From NCBI GenBank assembly GCA_047495785.1, contig JBLDXI010000057.1, positions 124,001 to 188,000 on the forward strand: a stretch of 64,000 nucleotides of DNA. Direction: 5' to 3'. The translations under genes and the position numbers were made by a program. This document shows positions 1 to 10,022 of this stretch, piece by piece; the stretch's first letter is position 1, and every line of letters starts with the position of its first letter. The notes under the pieces were generated by a model, which searched no databases, had not been told where the DNA came from, and was given only the letters and a program-made list of their open reading frames with translations. Source of the DNA: Lepidodermella squamata (taxonomy: Eukaryota > Animalia > Gastrotricha).

Positions 1-626
1 ACAAAAGTTCTGAAAATAATTGCGAAAAAAATAAAAAAATCTCAAAATTTACGAAAATCGTGGCCCTCAAGCCCTCGGCTAAATCGATTTGCGGCTTTTT
101 CGGAGAATCCATGAACCGATGGCCATACATGATCGAAGCATGAATAAGGAGCAGAATTAAATCCGCAAATCTTGCGCTGCTGTCGATGACAATTTGAAAA
201 ATGCAAACAGTTGCCGCAAAAATCGTGAGAAAAACGAATTCGGACAGCGTCAAACAACTGATTTTCATCGGAAATAGCGAAAAATAGCAAGCCGCTAAAA
301 TCAGCAGCTGGAAGACAAGCTCGACAATAGTTATTGTCTGAAATAATGAAAACAATTATTTTTTCGCCGAATTATTTCCAACTAACCAACGGAATCAGTC
401 GTAAATAAGCTCGATTCGTCATGTCGTAGTCGTATTTTTTCTTCGACGCTGTTTTTCGTTTTTTGCGTCTAGACGGTTCGAAGTCACATTTTAGGGCGTA
501 GTTGTGGCCGCCAGTTAATTTGAAAAAATTCGAGTATTTAATTTTCGGAAAATCAATCTCATCTCTCGGCTTTGATTGATGAACGGCCAAGCTGAACTTT
601 GATCTATCGTCATCTGAGAACATCAT
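1..626 (-). CDS. Small multi-pass membrane protein, 3' end probably beyond window start (multi-exon)
   Basis: Hydrophilic exon ~626-388 (MMFSDDDRSK...YLRLIPL|gttag), then an exon from ~338 reading TITIVELVFQLLILAACYFSLF...FVFLTIFAATVCIFQIV...LILLLIHASIMY (three hydrophobic segments); same strand and layout as neighbouring genes. Confidence 0.5.
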
Positions 627-892
627 CAATCATCATTAAAAATGAACACTATCAGGGCCAGTTCAAAGACGTGATAAAATAATTTTTCAAATCTTCACAA
701 TAAATTGTAATGCGAGAGTTTGCTCATGAGAATCATGGGAGAAAGAAGATCAGTGCTGAGCGAAAATTCGTTTGATAATGTTTATGAGACAAGTTCCAGT
801 TGGGACGTAGAAAGATGTTAGAATTGTCGATAAAAGCTGCAGGAAAAAAATAATTAATTTCACAATTTTTGGCAGATTTCCAGAAAAATGCT

Positions 893-2023
893 CACCAATA
901 CGGCGTTATAGACAGCGGTGGATGGGCCTCCGTTAGCAGGCGGACTGGTGTGGCCCTTTCCGACCTCCCTCAGAAATATGAGTAGGGCATAAGTGACGAG
1001 AGTTAGCAAAAATAGCAGAGCAGTGTCCTAAATTTAGGAAAAATTATCAAATAAATAATTAAAAAAAGCAAATTTCTCACGTATATTGTGTATTTAATTG
1101 GAGCGGCGTGTAGCAGCCGCGAGATCGAAACAAATGAGACGAGGATGAAAACGCAAGTTGATATCAGCGAAACGAATTTGGTCTCACCATTGAATACCAG
1201 CAAGCAAAAGATGGCGAAAGACAGCAGCTAAAATAGGGAAAAACGGTAGATAACAGATTTAAACAAAGAGGAGCCAAATGCTAACCCTAAATTCGGGGCT
1301 CAAGCTATAGATTTTTTCAATTTGGACTCTATACTAGTTTCGCGTCTTTACTAAAACCTGAATCCTAACTCGATAAATACTTCTGCCTCCAGATCTGATA
1401 TCGGTCCTACTATCGATTTTGGAAATCACTGATTTTTCTAATATCACGAACATTGGCACACAAAATGCAGTGCCAAAATGGAAAAATGGAACCTCAATTT
1501 TAGCGAAAATATGTTGACCTGATTAATAAATTAAATTGCGAATAATTCGAGCGATTTTATTAATTTTTTTCTTTTCAATCCAACTTTTTTTCTACGATTT
1601 TAATGAGCTCCTCAATAATTTGAAGATCGATTTTTCCTCGCTTTTTCCGATTTATTGCAATATTTTTTACGCTTTCATAAGCCTTGAATCATATTCGATT
1701 GATGAAAAGCAACAAACACAAGGTAGAGAGTGGTAGATGCCGATCGAGATTCGGGACATTTGCCGCATGTTCTCAACGCGGTGGTACTCAGTCGCGTACA
1801 AGTGGCACAGCGTCGGGTGGCTCGTAAATGACGTGTCTATTTCGGCGGCGGCGTCTCCGGCACGTGGCGGTTCAACCGTGTACGTATGCACGACAAGCTG
1901 CGGGTTACCAGGAGCTGCCGGGTGGTCGCTAGGCGGTAACAACCGGTTCTGAGCCGGTTGGACGCGCTGTGATCTCGTCGCCTGTAAAAACTCGGCATAA
2001 GCAGGCGGCGAATCAAGCTCCAT
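893..2023 (-). CDS. PPxY-motif small multi-pass membrane protein (family member 1, multi-exon; 3' end approximate)
   Basis: ATG 2023 MELDSPPAYAEFL; downstream hydrophobic exons ~1228-1080 (LLSFAIFCLLVFNGE...VSLISTCVFILVSFV) and ~1027-893 (TALLFLLTLVTYALLIFL). Confidence 0.55.
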
Positions 2024-2261
2024 CTTCCTAGAAAATAAACAACGAAATAACAATGCGTTTAAAATCATTAATTTTTATTAAAATCATCACAAAAATCAAT
2101 GGGTGAAATCAAGTAAAATTGAGGTTAAAATCAAGTTTTCAGGTTCATGAGCGCTTTTTGAGACAAGCAGTTGCAACCAGCGAGAAATAATTGCAAACGG
2201 CGAAAGCTTCCACGACCTAAATATAAAGACAAATTAGTCAGAAAGAAGGCGATTCATTTTC

Positions 2262-3499
2262 TCAACAAACGATTATTGCCAGCATGATGTTGCGACAAAA
2301 CGGCAGTTCCGAGTTTAGCTCTTGTTTACGGAAATGTGAGAAAGCGACCGCCGTAGCCGTACACAAAATTATTCCGATGATATCCTGCGGGAAAATCGAA
2401 TAAAATGAGGTAGACATTTTTCCAACATTAGGATTTTACAGGTGATTTTACAGGTTTTACAGGTATAAAAAATTTTATAGTTTTTATATAAGTATGGGTA
2501 TAAATATTTTCAATAGTGATGGTTCCAATACGTTTGGTAAACGTGAAAAATCACCGATATCGGCTCAGAGTAGGCTTAAACTTACCGAGAGGATGAGTCG
2601 TTCAGGTCGGCCATCGCACCATTGCACAGACGAATGAATCAGTTGGAAAAACAGAAAGAGGACGCCGCCAAGACTCGTATTGGCAGTCGAACTTTCCTTC
2701 GTTCGGCAAGGACATTCCGCCAAAATATTACCGAATTGGAGGCCAATGATGCAAAGCAGCAGTCCCTGAATCCGTGGTCACAATCGATAAAAAAAATTGC
2801 TCAATTCCGGGCTCAAAGCGTCGCCCATATTTGGTTATAAATTCGAACTTGAGCCAAAGGGTCGGATTTTCCCAGGTGGAAATTTCCCGCGGCCCTAGGT
2901 CCGTCTTCGGGGCCCCTAAAATTTTTTGTTAAAATCAGATGGCAGGATTTAGCCCCCGAGTGCTGGACGGAGTAATACCACTGTTTTAACGTTATTAAAA
3001 ATTAAAAAGCTTCTTTGGCGCTTTGGTGGAAATTGCATATAATTTCTACGAATCATTCAAGCGAAGCGAGCAAATTTTTTCGAAATTTCGGTTGAAAAGC
3101 GAGAGTGTCAGAAAATATGGGGGCCCTTATGGCACATGGATCCCCCTCGGGATATTTCTCCGAGGGCCCGAAAATCACGGGGCTCCAAGGAAAGTCGGAA
3201 CTGACGCGAGCCCGGAATTATGCAAAAAAATTAGAAGGGCTAGTTATTAGCTTTACCACTGCAATGAATCGGGCGAATGTTTCGAAGATCACGTGGCAAG
3301 ACGGGGTGCGTTCATTTCGCCGATTCCGATCGCCAACAGCGATAATTTCAGGTCGGCTGGCATCAGCAACGACTTCATAGGCCCGGCTAATATGTGGTCG
3401 AATCACAGGCGGCAGGCGACTAGCCGCAGGGACCGGCACGTCAACATCGGCAATAGCTAGTAAGACATCGTTGTACGTCGGCGGTGATGAATCACTCAT
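2262..3499 (-). CDS. PPxY-motif small multi-pass membrane protein (family member 2, about 3 exons)
   Basis: ATG 3499 MSDSSPPTYNDVLLAI; exon ~2765-2586 GLLLCIIGLQFGNILAECPC...QWCDGRPERLILS|gtaag; last exon cag|DIIGIILCTATAVAFSHF...IIVC-TGA (2262). Confidence 0.6.
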
Positions 3500-3821
3500 A
3501 AAATAAAACCGCAAAAAATGTCTATCGAAATGAATGAAAAATTTATTAAGATCACATTTCGAAGTTTTTGCGCGTCAAACGGCGCCAAATCGTAATTAGG
3601 AGAAGTGAGATGTAGTCGAAAAAGCCGAGGAGCGAGAAAACCTGAAATTAAGAATAAATTAAAAAAAGTGAGCAAATGATGATTGATCAAATTTATTTAC
3701 GACGCTAGCGATCAAAAACTCTCTAGCTTCAATAAAAATGCCGCTCAAATAATTGTCGGACGAGCGAGCGATCGACGACGTGATAACTATTCCAGTCAAA
3801 TCCTATAAAAAATTTTTTTTA

Positions 3822-4228
3822 TCAAATTATGGCAGAGGAAAGGTGATCTATACCGAAAATACGAGGTAATACCACCGACCGTCGTGCCAGCATAGACATG
3901 AGAAAATTAATTGAGCTGCTGAGAAGAATGCTTCGATGAGATTCGTCTGTAACCGAGAAGATACAACTGCTATCATCGCTAGGCAGGTGAAGTTGAACGC
4001 GAGAAATAACTGCGAGACAAAATTTCAACAATTATTCAGAAATTTCGCGAGAAAATTGTCCCGAACAGGCGCGGTAATTCGCAAGCATCGCTCGGTCGTT
4101 AGCAATGGTTGAGATTTTGATGGGCGCCGCCGCGATGGTTCGATATCGGTGGTTTGAACGCCGATTGGCTGATCGAATTCGTAAGCTTTCATTACAACAT
4201 CGATGTAAGACGGCGGTGGATCATTCAT
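3822..4228 (-). CDS. PPxY-motif small membrane protein (family member 3; 3' end uncertain)
   Basis: MNDPPPSYIDVVMKAY; a 57-nt GT..AG intron removes the TGA at 4025; continues LFLAFNFTCLAMIAVV...SCLCWHDGRW, resembling QWCDGRP of member 2. Confidence 0.55.
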
Positions 4229-4575
4229 TTCAAAATTAAAATAAAACCTACAATAATCGCAATAATTTCTAAATATTAAAATTTACGAAGTAAAATTTCG
4301 CTTGACTGTTTTTAAGCATTTTGTCGTTATTAAAATCATGTAAATAGTTGCCGTTATTGAGGAAAGACTCTGCGAAAAATGAGGGTATTAATTTTTCATG
4401 GGAGATTGGGTGTAAAACTCACAAAAATTGTAACAGTCAAATCCAAACAAGAAGATTGAGGATCTTGAAAATTCTCGAAATAATTTCGATACAAATACAT
4501 GTGAACAACGGCGGAAGTGACATATACAAGAAAGCCAACAAAATCCTTTCAAAATGGAAATTAAAAATTGAATAA

Positions 4576-4989
4576 TTAATCAATTATCAAATTTTTTAGT
4601 ACCCAATGAAATATTTTGATTTTATTCCCGCCCTTGCACAGCGTGTAGAAAAATCCTATGATAATTGCGATTGAGACAATGGTGAAAACCAGCGAGATGG
4701 CCCAAGCGCTGCATCGATGCGTTATCATGGAGTTGAGATGAAGTCCAACCATAGACAAAATTATCAGGATAGGAAAACCGCGCAAAAAGTGGCAAATAGC
4801 TGTCAAAGTCTGGGATTTTTCCTCAGCTGCTCGAGCTGTTGTGCTATCGAAGAAACTAGGCTCATCGGGTGAATCATCATCAAATGGCGCGTGTCGATTT
4901 GCTGAGAGTGATAACTGATCGCGGCCACGTGACCCCTCACTGATCGCCAATAACACATCGGTGTAAGACGGCGGCGGTTCAGCCATCAT
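4576..4989 (-). CDS. PPxY-motif small membrane protein (family member 4; may splice to further 3' exons)
   Basis: MMAEPPPSYTDVLLAI is nearly identical to the start of member 2; two hydrophobic segments (FPILIILSMVGLHL; WAISLVFTIVSIAIIIGFFY). Confidence 0.6.
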   Translation of the reverse strand: MMAEPPPSYTDVLLAISEGSRGRDQLSLSANRHAPFDDDSPDEPSFFDSTTARAAEEKSQTLTAICHFLRGFPILIILSMVGLHLNSMITHRCSAWAISLVFTIVSIAIIIGFFYTLCKGGNKIKIFHWVLKNLIID

Positions 4990-5043
4990 TCAAAAATCAC
5001 ATTAAAACAATGAAATAAATCTAAAATAATTTTTAATATTTTA

Positions 5044-6238
5044 TCAATGAATGAGATTTTTAATTTTAGAAAGCAAAAACAAAATGTTGCGTTTAGCTGA
5101 TTTAAGGCGATTTTTCACAATGCTGTCATGGCTTCGATTGTGTAGGCAACAACAGTTGATGGGCAGGTGCAGGATGAGCAACAAAAATGAGATAGCGGCT
5201 ACGTAGCTCGACAGCACTTCGCACCGGCTGCCGTACTTGAATTTGACGGCCGTCAAGCCGCAAGAAATTGTGCAGTTCAAAAAATGAGCGAGCAGGCTGA
5301 TTCCATCCTGGGATAAAATATAATATAATTTGAACAAATATTTTTAAGATATTCACTAAAATTGAGCTTCAAGCACTAAAATAAGTGCTTTTCCCAAATT
5401 TTTTGAATTAATTTTTTTCAATTTTCGATCGATGTAAATAGTGCCCTGGGACTTTTCAATTTAGGTACATGGTAGGGACAGGTATGTAGAAATATTTCAA
5501 TATGAGCTTCCAAGACTGCCGATATCAGAAAAATCACTGATTTGTAAAATCGATAATTGGTATCGATATCGACTCTCTAAGTTTAAATATAACTCTCAAA
5601 TTGCCTGTTGGATTTTGAAATTTTAGTTTGGCCAGGTATTCAAAAAAATTACTTATAATATATTTTTAATTCGTTTTTTCTTGAATTTTCACGCAAAATT
5701 CAAGCACACCCACAAAATTTCGCGATTCAAAGAAGAAAATTGAATTTAATAACAATGTTTCACTTACAAATGCCATGAGTATTCTGCGGGGAGAACGGTT
5801 AAGAACCAGGGAACAAATGACTATGTACGTAGATCCAGAAGTCAACATGAGCAGGGAAATCGGCAAATAAGTGTATCTTGAGCACGACGATAGCATTGTG
5901 ACGACAATGCCGAGATTGACGAGATTGAGAACCAACGACAACACGTGGCGGTACATTTGCCGCTTTCGCCTCGCTCGTTTCCGCTCGAGGGCCGCCAGGT
6001 CGGGTCGAGAGGGCAATGTGATAGAGGTGGGCAGCAACAGATTGCTCGACGATTTAGTCGCAAAAATGGCTGCATGGCGGTGATGATCTCGATCAAGGTC
6101 TGATTTTGAGCCGACATTTTCGCGCAGGTTGGCTCGAATTTCTTCAAGCGTCGACGCCCGGCCTTTGTTGTAATTACCAAGCGCGCCTGCCGGTAACAAG
6201 TCGTCGCCTTCAAAGCGAACCGACTTGGAGTGTTTCAT
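5044..6238 (-). CDS. Multi-pass membrane protein, probably related to the PPxY family but with a different N-terminus (2+ exons)
   Basis: ORF 5666-6238 has two TM segments ending RSPRRILMAF|gtaagt; next exon cag|DGISLLAHFLNCTISC...SYVAAISFLLLILHL. The junction resembles RPERLILS|DIIGIILC of member 2. Confidence 0.55.
5517..5575. repeat. Short dispersed repeat (related copies at ~1397-1447 and, inverted, ~36858-36912)
   Basis: GCCGATATCxGAAAAATCACTGATT...AAAATCGATA at 5517, in reverse complement near 36875-36912, with a similar segment near 1415-1447; all in introns or intergenic DNA. Confidence 0.55.
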
Positions 6239-7087
6239 GGTTGAATAAATAACACGGTGCGAATTGTTGGTTACAATTTTCCAAAAATAAGATTAATTTT
6301 TTGAAAAAAAAGTGTTGACGTGATTTTTTTCTCTCATCATCACACGGGAGCGATTTCAACAATGGTTTTTTTCATCGCTGATCGCGTGCTTCTCCCGCCT
6401 ATATTCTGATCAATCGCGTGAAAAAACGATTGACCTCTGAAATTTAATTTGACAAAAATACGAAAAATAACACTTTAATTGCCCTAAATTTAGCCGTGAC
6501 CGGGCTAATAGTGATGAATGAGAAAAAATGACCAAAAAGCTACGTTTTTTTAGATATCAAGATTACTTTTTTTATCTCATTAGAGCGACTCAAACCGGAC
6601 CGATGATTCATTATATTATCTGGAAAATAAATTCTGATAACTTTCATTTTTTATGCTGCTTAACGCATTGAAGGCGTAATTACATGAAATTAACATGGAA
6701 AAAAAATAAAATAATACTTAATGCTTCCAGTGCAAAACTCTCAGGAAGCAGAAATAGGCTGAAAATATTTGTAAAAAAATTATGAAACAAAAGAAAGTGG
6801 AAATATCAGGTAGACGGACAGGTGTTTTTCCGCTTCCGGCTTGCATTTTTTGGACTGCCGAGCAAATTTGTTAATAATTTTTCACAATTTTTTTCATGAC
6901 TGCGGAGTTCAGCGAATCGCAGAGAATAATGGACCCTTTATCTTTGGACTCAGCCTCGAAATTGAATCGCTTTGCATCGAGTCGAGACGACGTTTCAGCA
7001 ATTGAAGAAAGGTTGCAGTATTTGGCATAATTTCACGCTGAAAATCCTATTTTTTTAATTATTTTCATTTGAAGGCAAAAATCTACG

Positions 7088-7708
7088 TTGGAATATGTGA
7101 CATCAGTTCGGCGGCATATTGATTTAGTTCGTCACTGCAGTTTCAGCAGCGCAGCCTCAAATCCCTCGTCTTCTGATAGCACCTCGAATTTCCGATTTGG
7201 CCAATTGGAAAAACTGGCTCATAGTAGCAAGACGTCATCTCAATTTTCATTGGATGACTGTTCGAAATCGACTTCGTCAATGATAACAAGTGATTATGAT
7301 GATGAAGCGCCATCGCTGAGGAGCCGGCTGGTCGAGGTGACGTACAAACGCATCAGGGCCAACACTTTCAGCACATCACGCCGGGTTGAATTGCCGAAAA
7401 TTGCGGCTAAAACTCATCAGCCGCAACATCATGTGGTGAAATCTCGGTCGCAAAACGCGAGCAGAATTTCATCGATAGATTTCGCCAATGATAAACTGCC
7501 GATTTTCGAGAGCGATAATAATAGTAATAGTCATGGGCGATCGGTGATGGAGCAATGGCCGTCGGAAATTTACATGCCTATCCGTCGTAACAGCTACCTG
7601 CCGCCTGGTTCGAGCGATTTCGCTAAAACAATGTCGGAGCTATCACTTGCAGAACAAACTGATGACGGATTTCTTCATAGCGCTGATGATGAAATTGAAG
7701 GAAAATAG
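7088..7708 (+). CDS. Ser-rich, probably disordered protein (last exon; upstream exon near 6929-7020 likely)
   Basis: 206-codon open frame, Ser/Asp-rich, in AT-rich surroundings; no recognisable domain. Confidence 0.5.
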   Translation: MEYVTSVRRHIDLVRHCSFSSAASNPSSSDSTSNFRFGQLEKLAHSSKTSSQFSLDDCSKSTSSMITSDYDDEAPSLRSRLVEVTYKRIRANTFSTSRRVELPKIAAKTHQPQHHVVKSRSQNASRISSIDFANDKLPIFESDNNSNSHGRSVMEQWPSEIYMPIRRNSYLPPGSSDFAKTMSELSLAEQTDDGFLHSADDEIEGK

Positions 7709-8947
7709 TTCAATCAACCAATGAAATTCTACAACATGTTCGCCGAACATTTATTTAACTCGGAAAATAATTTCTTTGACAACATATAACGCTGGGTTAT
7801 TTAGGACAAGGTGGCCTTAGAACTTGGAACTTCAGGGTTCAGGGTTGATCGATAGAAAATCGCGATTTTTCGCATAACATTTTCCGTTCCATCCTATTAG
7901 ACGAACATTTTTAATTTTCTGAATTGAGAAAATCTAAATTTTTTATTCGAATTCGACCCAAATTTTAGGTGAATCTTGAATTTTGAAAATCATGTCATGT
8001 ACATGTGCATATGCAAATGAGCATGCAAAATTAAATACTAATTAGCCAAACAGAGCCGAAATACGCATAAATGGGGTGAATATAGAAAAATTCCAAAGAA
8101 TTTAAATTTTACAATTTTTTCTCGAAATTTGATTTTTTGTACATTTCGAAGTTCGAGAAGTTCAAAGTTACCCCTCGTTACTGCATTTCACGGAATAAAA
8201 CGCTTCAAAATTCGTGTGAAGAGCATTTTTTAATTGTAATTATTTTTTTCCGGCTAGGGATTGATCCCGTCAGATAGCGATGGCATGTTATAATATGAAA
8301 TAGCAAGAATACGAGCCGGTTCATAGCCTTTTTTGCATGCCTCACAGGATCGAGCAGATGCGTGCTGAAATCGCATCTTGGCTAATAAAACATGAAATAA
8401 AAAACAGCATCTAGGCCTGCCATGAAAAATGTTAGACGAGTATAGTTTTTCCGCGCGCGAATGAGCCCTGTACTCACATATATTATAATAGGTAAATGGC
8501 TGCGGAAATATTATGGCAACAAAGCATCTGCTGCGCATGTATGTATCATTATCGCCGCTGTTTTCCCATAATTCGATTACAGAGAATCAGACGTATCTCT
8601 TTTGTCCAATGTTTAGCTATTTCCCGGTGGAATTTACGATGAAAATTACGGAAAATAATTGCCATAAAATTTTTTAATTTTTATTCATTAAATAATTTCT
8701 AGTATAGAAGCAAAATTCAAGCATAAAATAAATTTCGCCTGGGTTCCTGGGGAAAATGATCACATTTTACGGCATTTCTCACACCAATTAAAACATCATT
8801 TACAGCTATAGACTGTATAACTCTAGACACCTTTCTAATAGCTGACCAAATCATCTGAACTAACACACTTTTATTCAAAACTAAGAATTTCATCATTCGT
8901 GTCTACACATCTTTTCTGCTGCTGTATTTTTTTCCTTAAAACATATC

Positions 8948-9433
8948 ATGTCTAGCTTATCTTCCATTGTAGTCGATGAGCCTCCGTGTTTGAAGTTGGA
9001 TTATTCAAACAATAACAACAATATGGCAGCTACTGTCGATACTAACGGTAATTACTCATCAGCCCGAATCATGCGTCATGTCATGGCCACGCCGTTGAAG
9101 ACCTTTTCGTACACCATCACGTATTCACTGGGCGACAACAGCCAAATCAGCGGGCTGACAATTACGGACAGCAATGGCGCTGTTTTCAACCTGCCGAATA
9201 ACAGCCGCGATTTAGGCGTGCCCGAGAATCAGAAGCTGATCCACAAGGCGTTGAAAATGGCGGGCGATGAACTGCTGGCGGCGATCGATGACCTCATTCA
9301 CGACAATGTGAAGGAAACGCTGGAGGATGCTCGAGATTTCAGGCTGAAATTTCCTCAAATGAAAAAAGACCTGTTGGTGGTCCGCGATGAAATTCGCTCA
9401 CTACTTTCAAGAGAAGCTACTCCTGTCCGGTGA
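8948..9433 (+). CDS. Hypothetical 161-aa protein with helical C-terminal half
   Basis: ATG-initiated single ORF, more GC-rich than its flanks; AATAAA signals downstream (~9712). Confidence 0.6.
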   Translation: MSSLSSIVVDEPPCLKLDYSNNNNNMAATVDTNGNYSSARIMRHVMATPLKTFSYTITYSLGDNSQISGLTITDSNGAVFNLPNNSRDLGVPENQKLIHKALKMAGDELLAAIDDLIHDNVKETLEDARDFRLKFPQMKKDLLVVRDEIRSLLSREATPVR

Positions 9434-9840
9434 TTGGGATTGTTGGAATAGCTCTCTGTAATTAATGAGGTAATTTTACGAAGTTTTTTCCAATTATTTT
9501 TCGCACTTCTGCTATTGACCCAATATCATTTGACACACTTGATGCACATTGCGCACAAAAAGTAATAATAATGCGAGATTTTGTCAAGTGAAAAATGGGG
9601 ATTAAAATAAATTTCCTGTTTTTCAGGTGCTACTTCGACTCAGAATTCGCGAATCGGAAAAATCAAGATGGAACACAAACAACTGCCGCCCTTAATAACG
9701 ATTTTTCACGATAAATAAATAAATAAACATCAATTCACGAGTTTTATTTTACTTCATTCATGAATATCAAGACAAAAAGCGTAATCGTTTTCTATATAGC
9801 AGCGAAATTAATAGGTTTGAAAAACAGTGAGTTTAAATTT

Positions 9841-9994
9841 AGGCTCCAGGGCGTGTCGCTTGTCTCACCAGGCCACGCCCAGTCATCGAAACTTGACCCA
9901 GATTCGTTTAGGCCCAGTCTGTCATAGAGTTACGCACGGCAGCGCAACCTAGACGTGACCTGGCGAGGTGTCATCAAGCGAGCACGGCTGGCCT
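9841..9994 (-). other. Extended multi-helix RNA structure carrying the SECIS at its tip
   Basis: CTCGCCAGGTCACGTCTAG pairs with CTGGGCGTGGCCTGGTGAG (19 bp incl. G-U); CGTG-c-TCGCTTG with CAAGCGACACG; CCAG/CTGG and AGGC/GCCT outer pairs; side hairpin GTTGCGC-tgccgt-GCGTAAC. Confidence 0.75.
9885..9925 (-). promoter_or_regulatory. Putative SECIS element in the TGR 3' region
   Basis: Minus strand reads A-TGAC / AGACTGGGCCT / AAA-CGAATCT / GGGTCAAGTTT / CGAT: AUGAN...NGAN quartet, 11-bp upper helix with one mismatch, unpaired AAA at the 5' side of the apical loop. Confidence 0.75.
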
Positions 9995-10022
9995 TTAATT
10001 GACCGCTGTTAGAATTCGCCAC

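Noticed and set aside
4025-4030. TGT-TGA (Cys-stop) with in-frame continuation, suggesting another Sec or readthrough site
   Set aside because: The TGA lies in a 57-nt GT..AG segment of typical intron size whose removal keeps the frame; no SECIS seen nearby.
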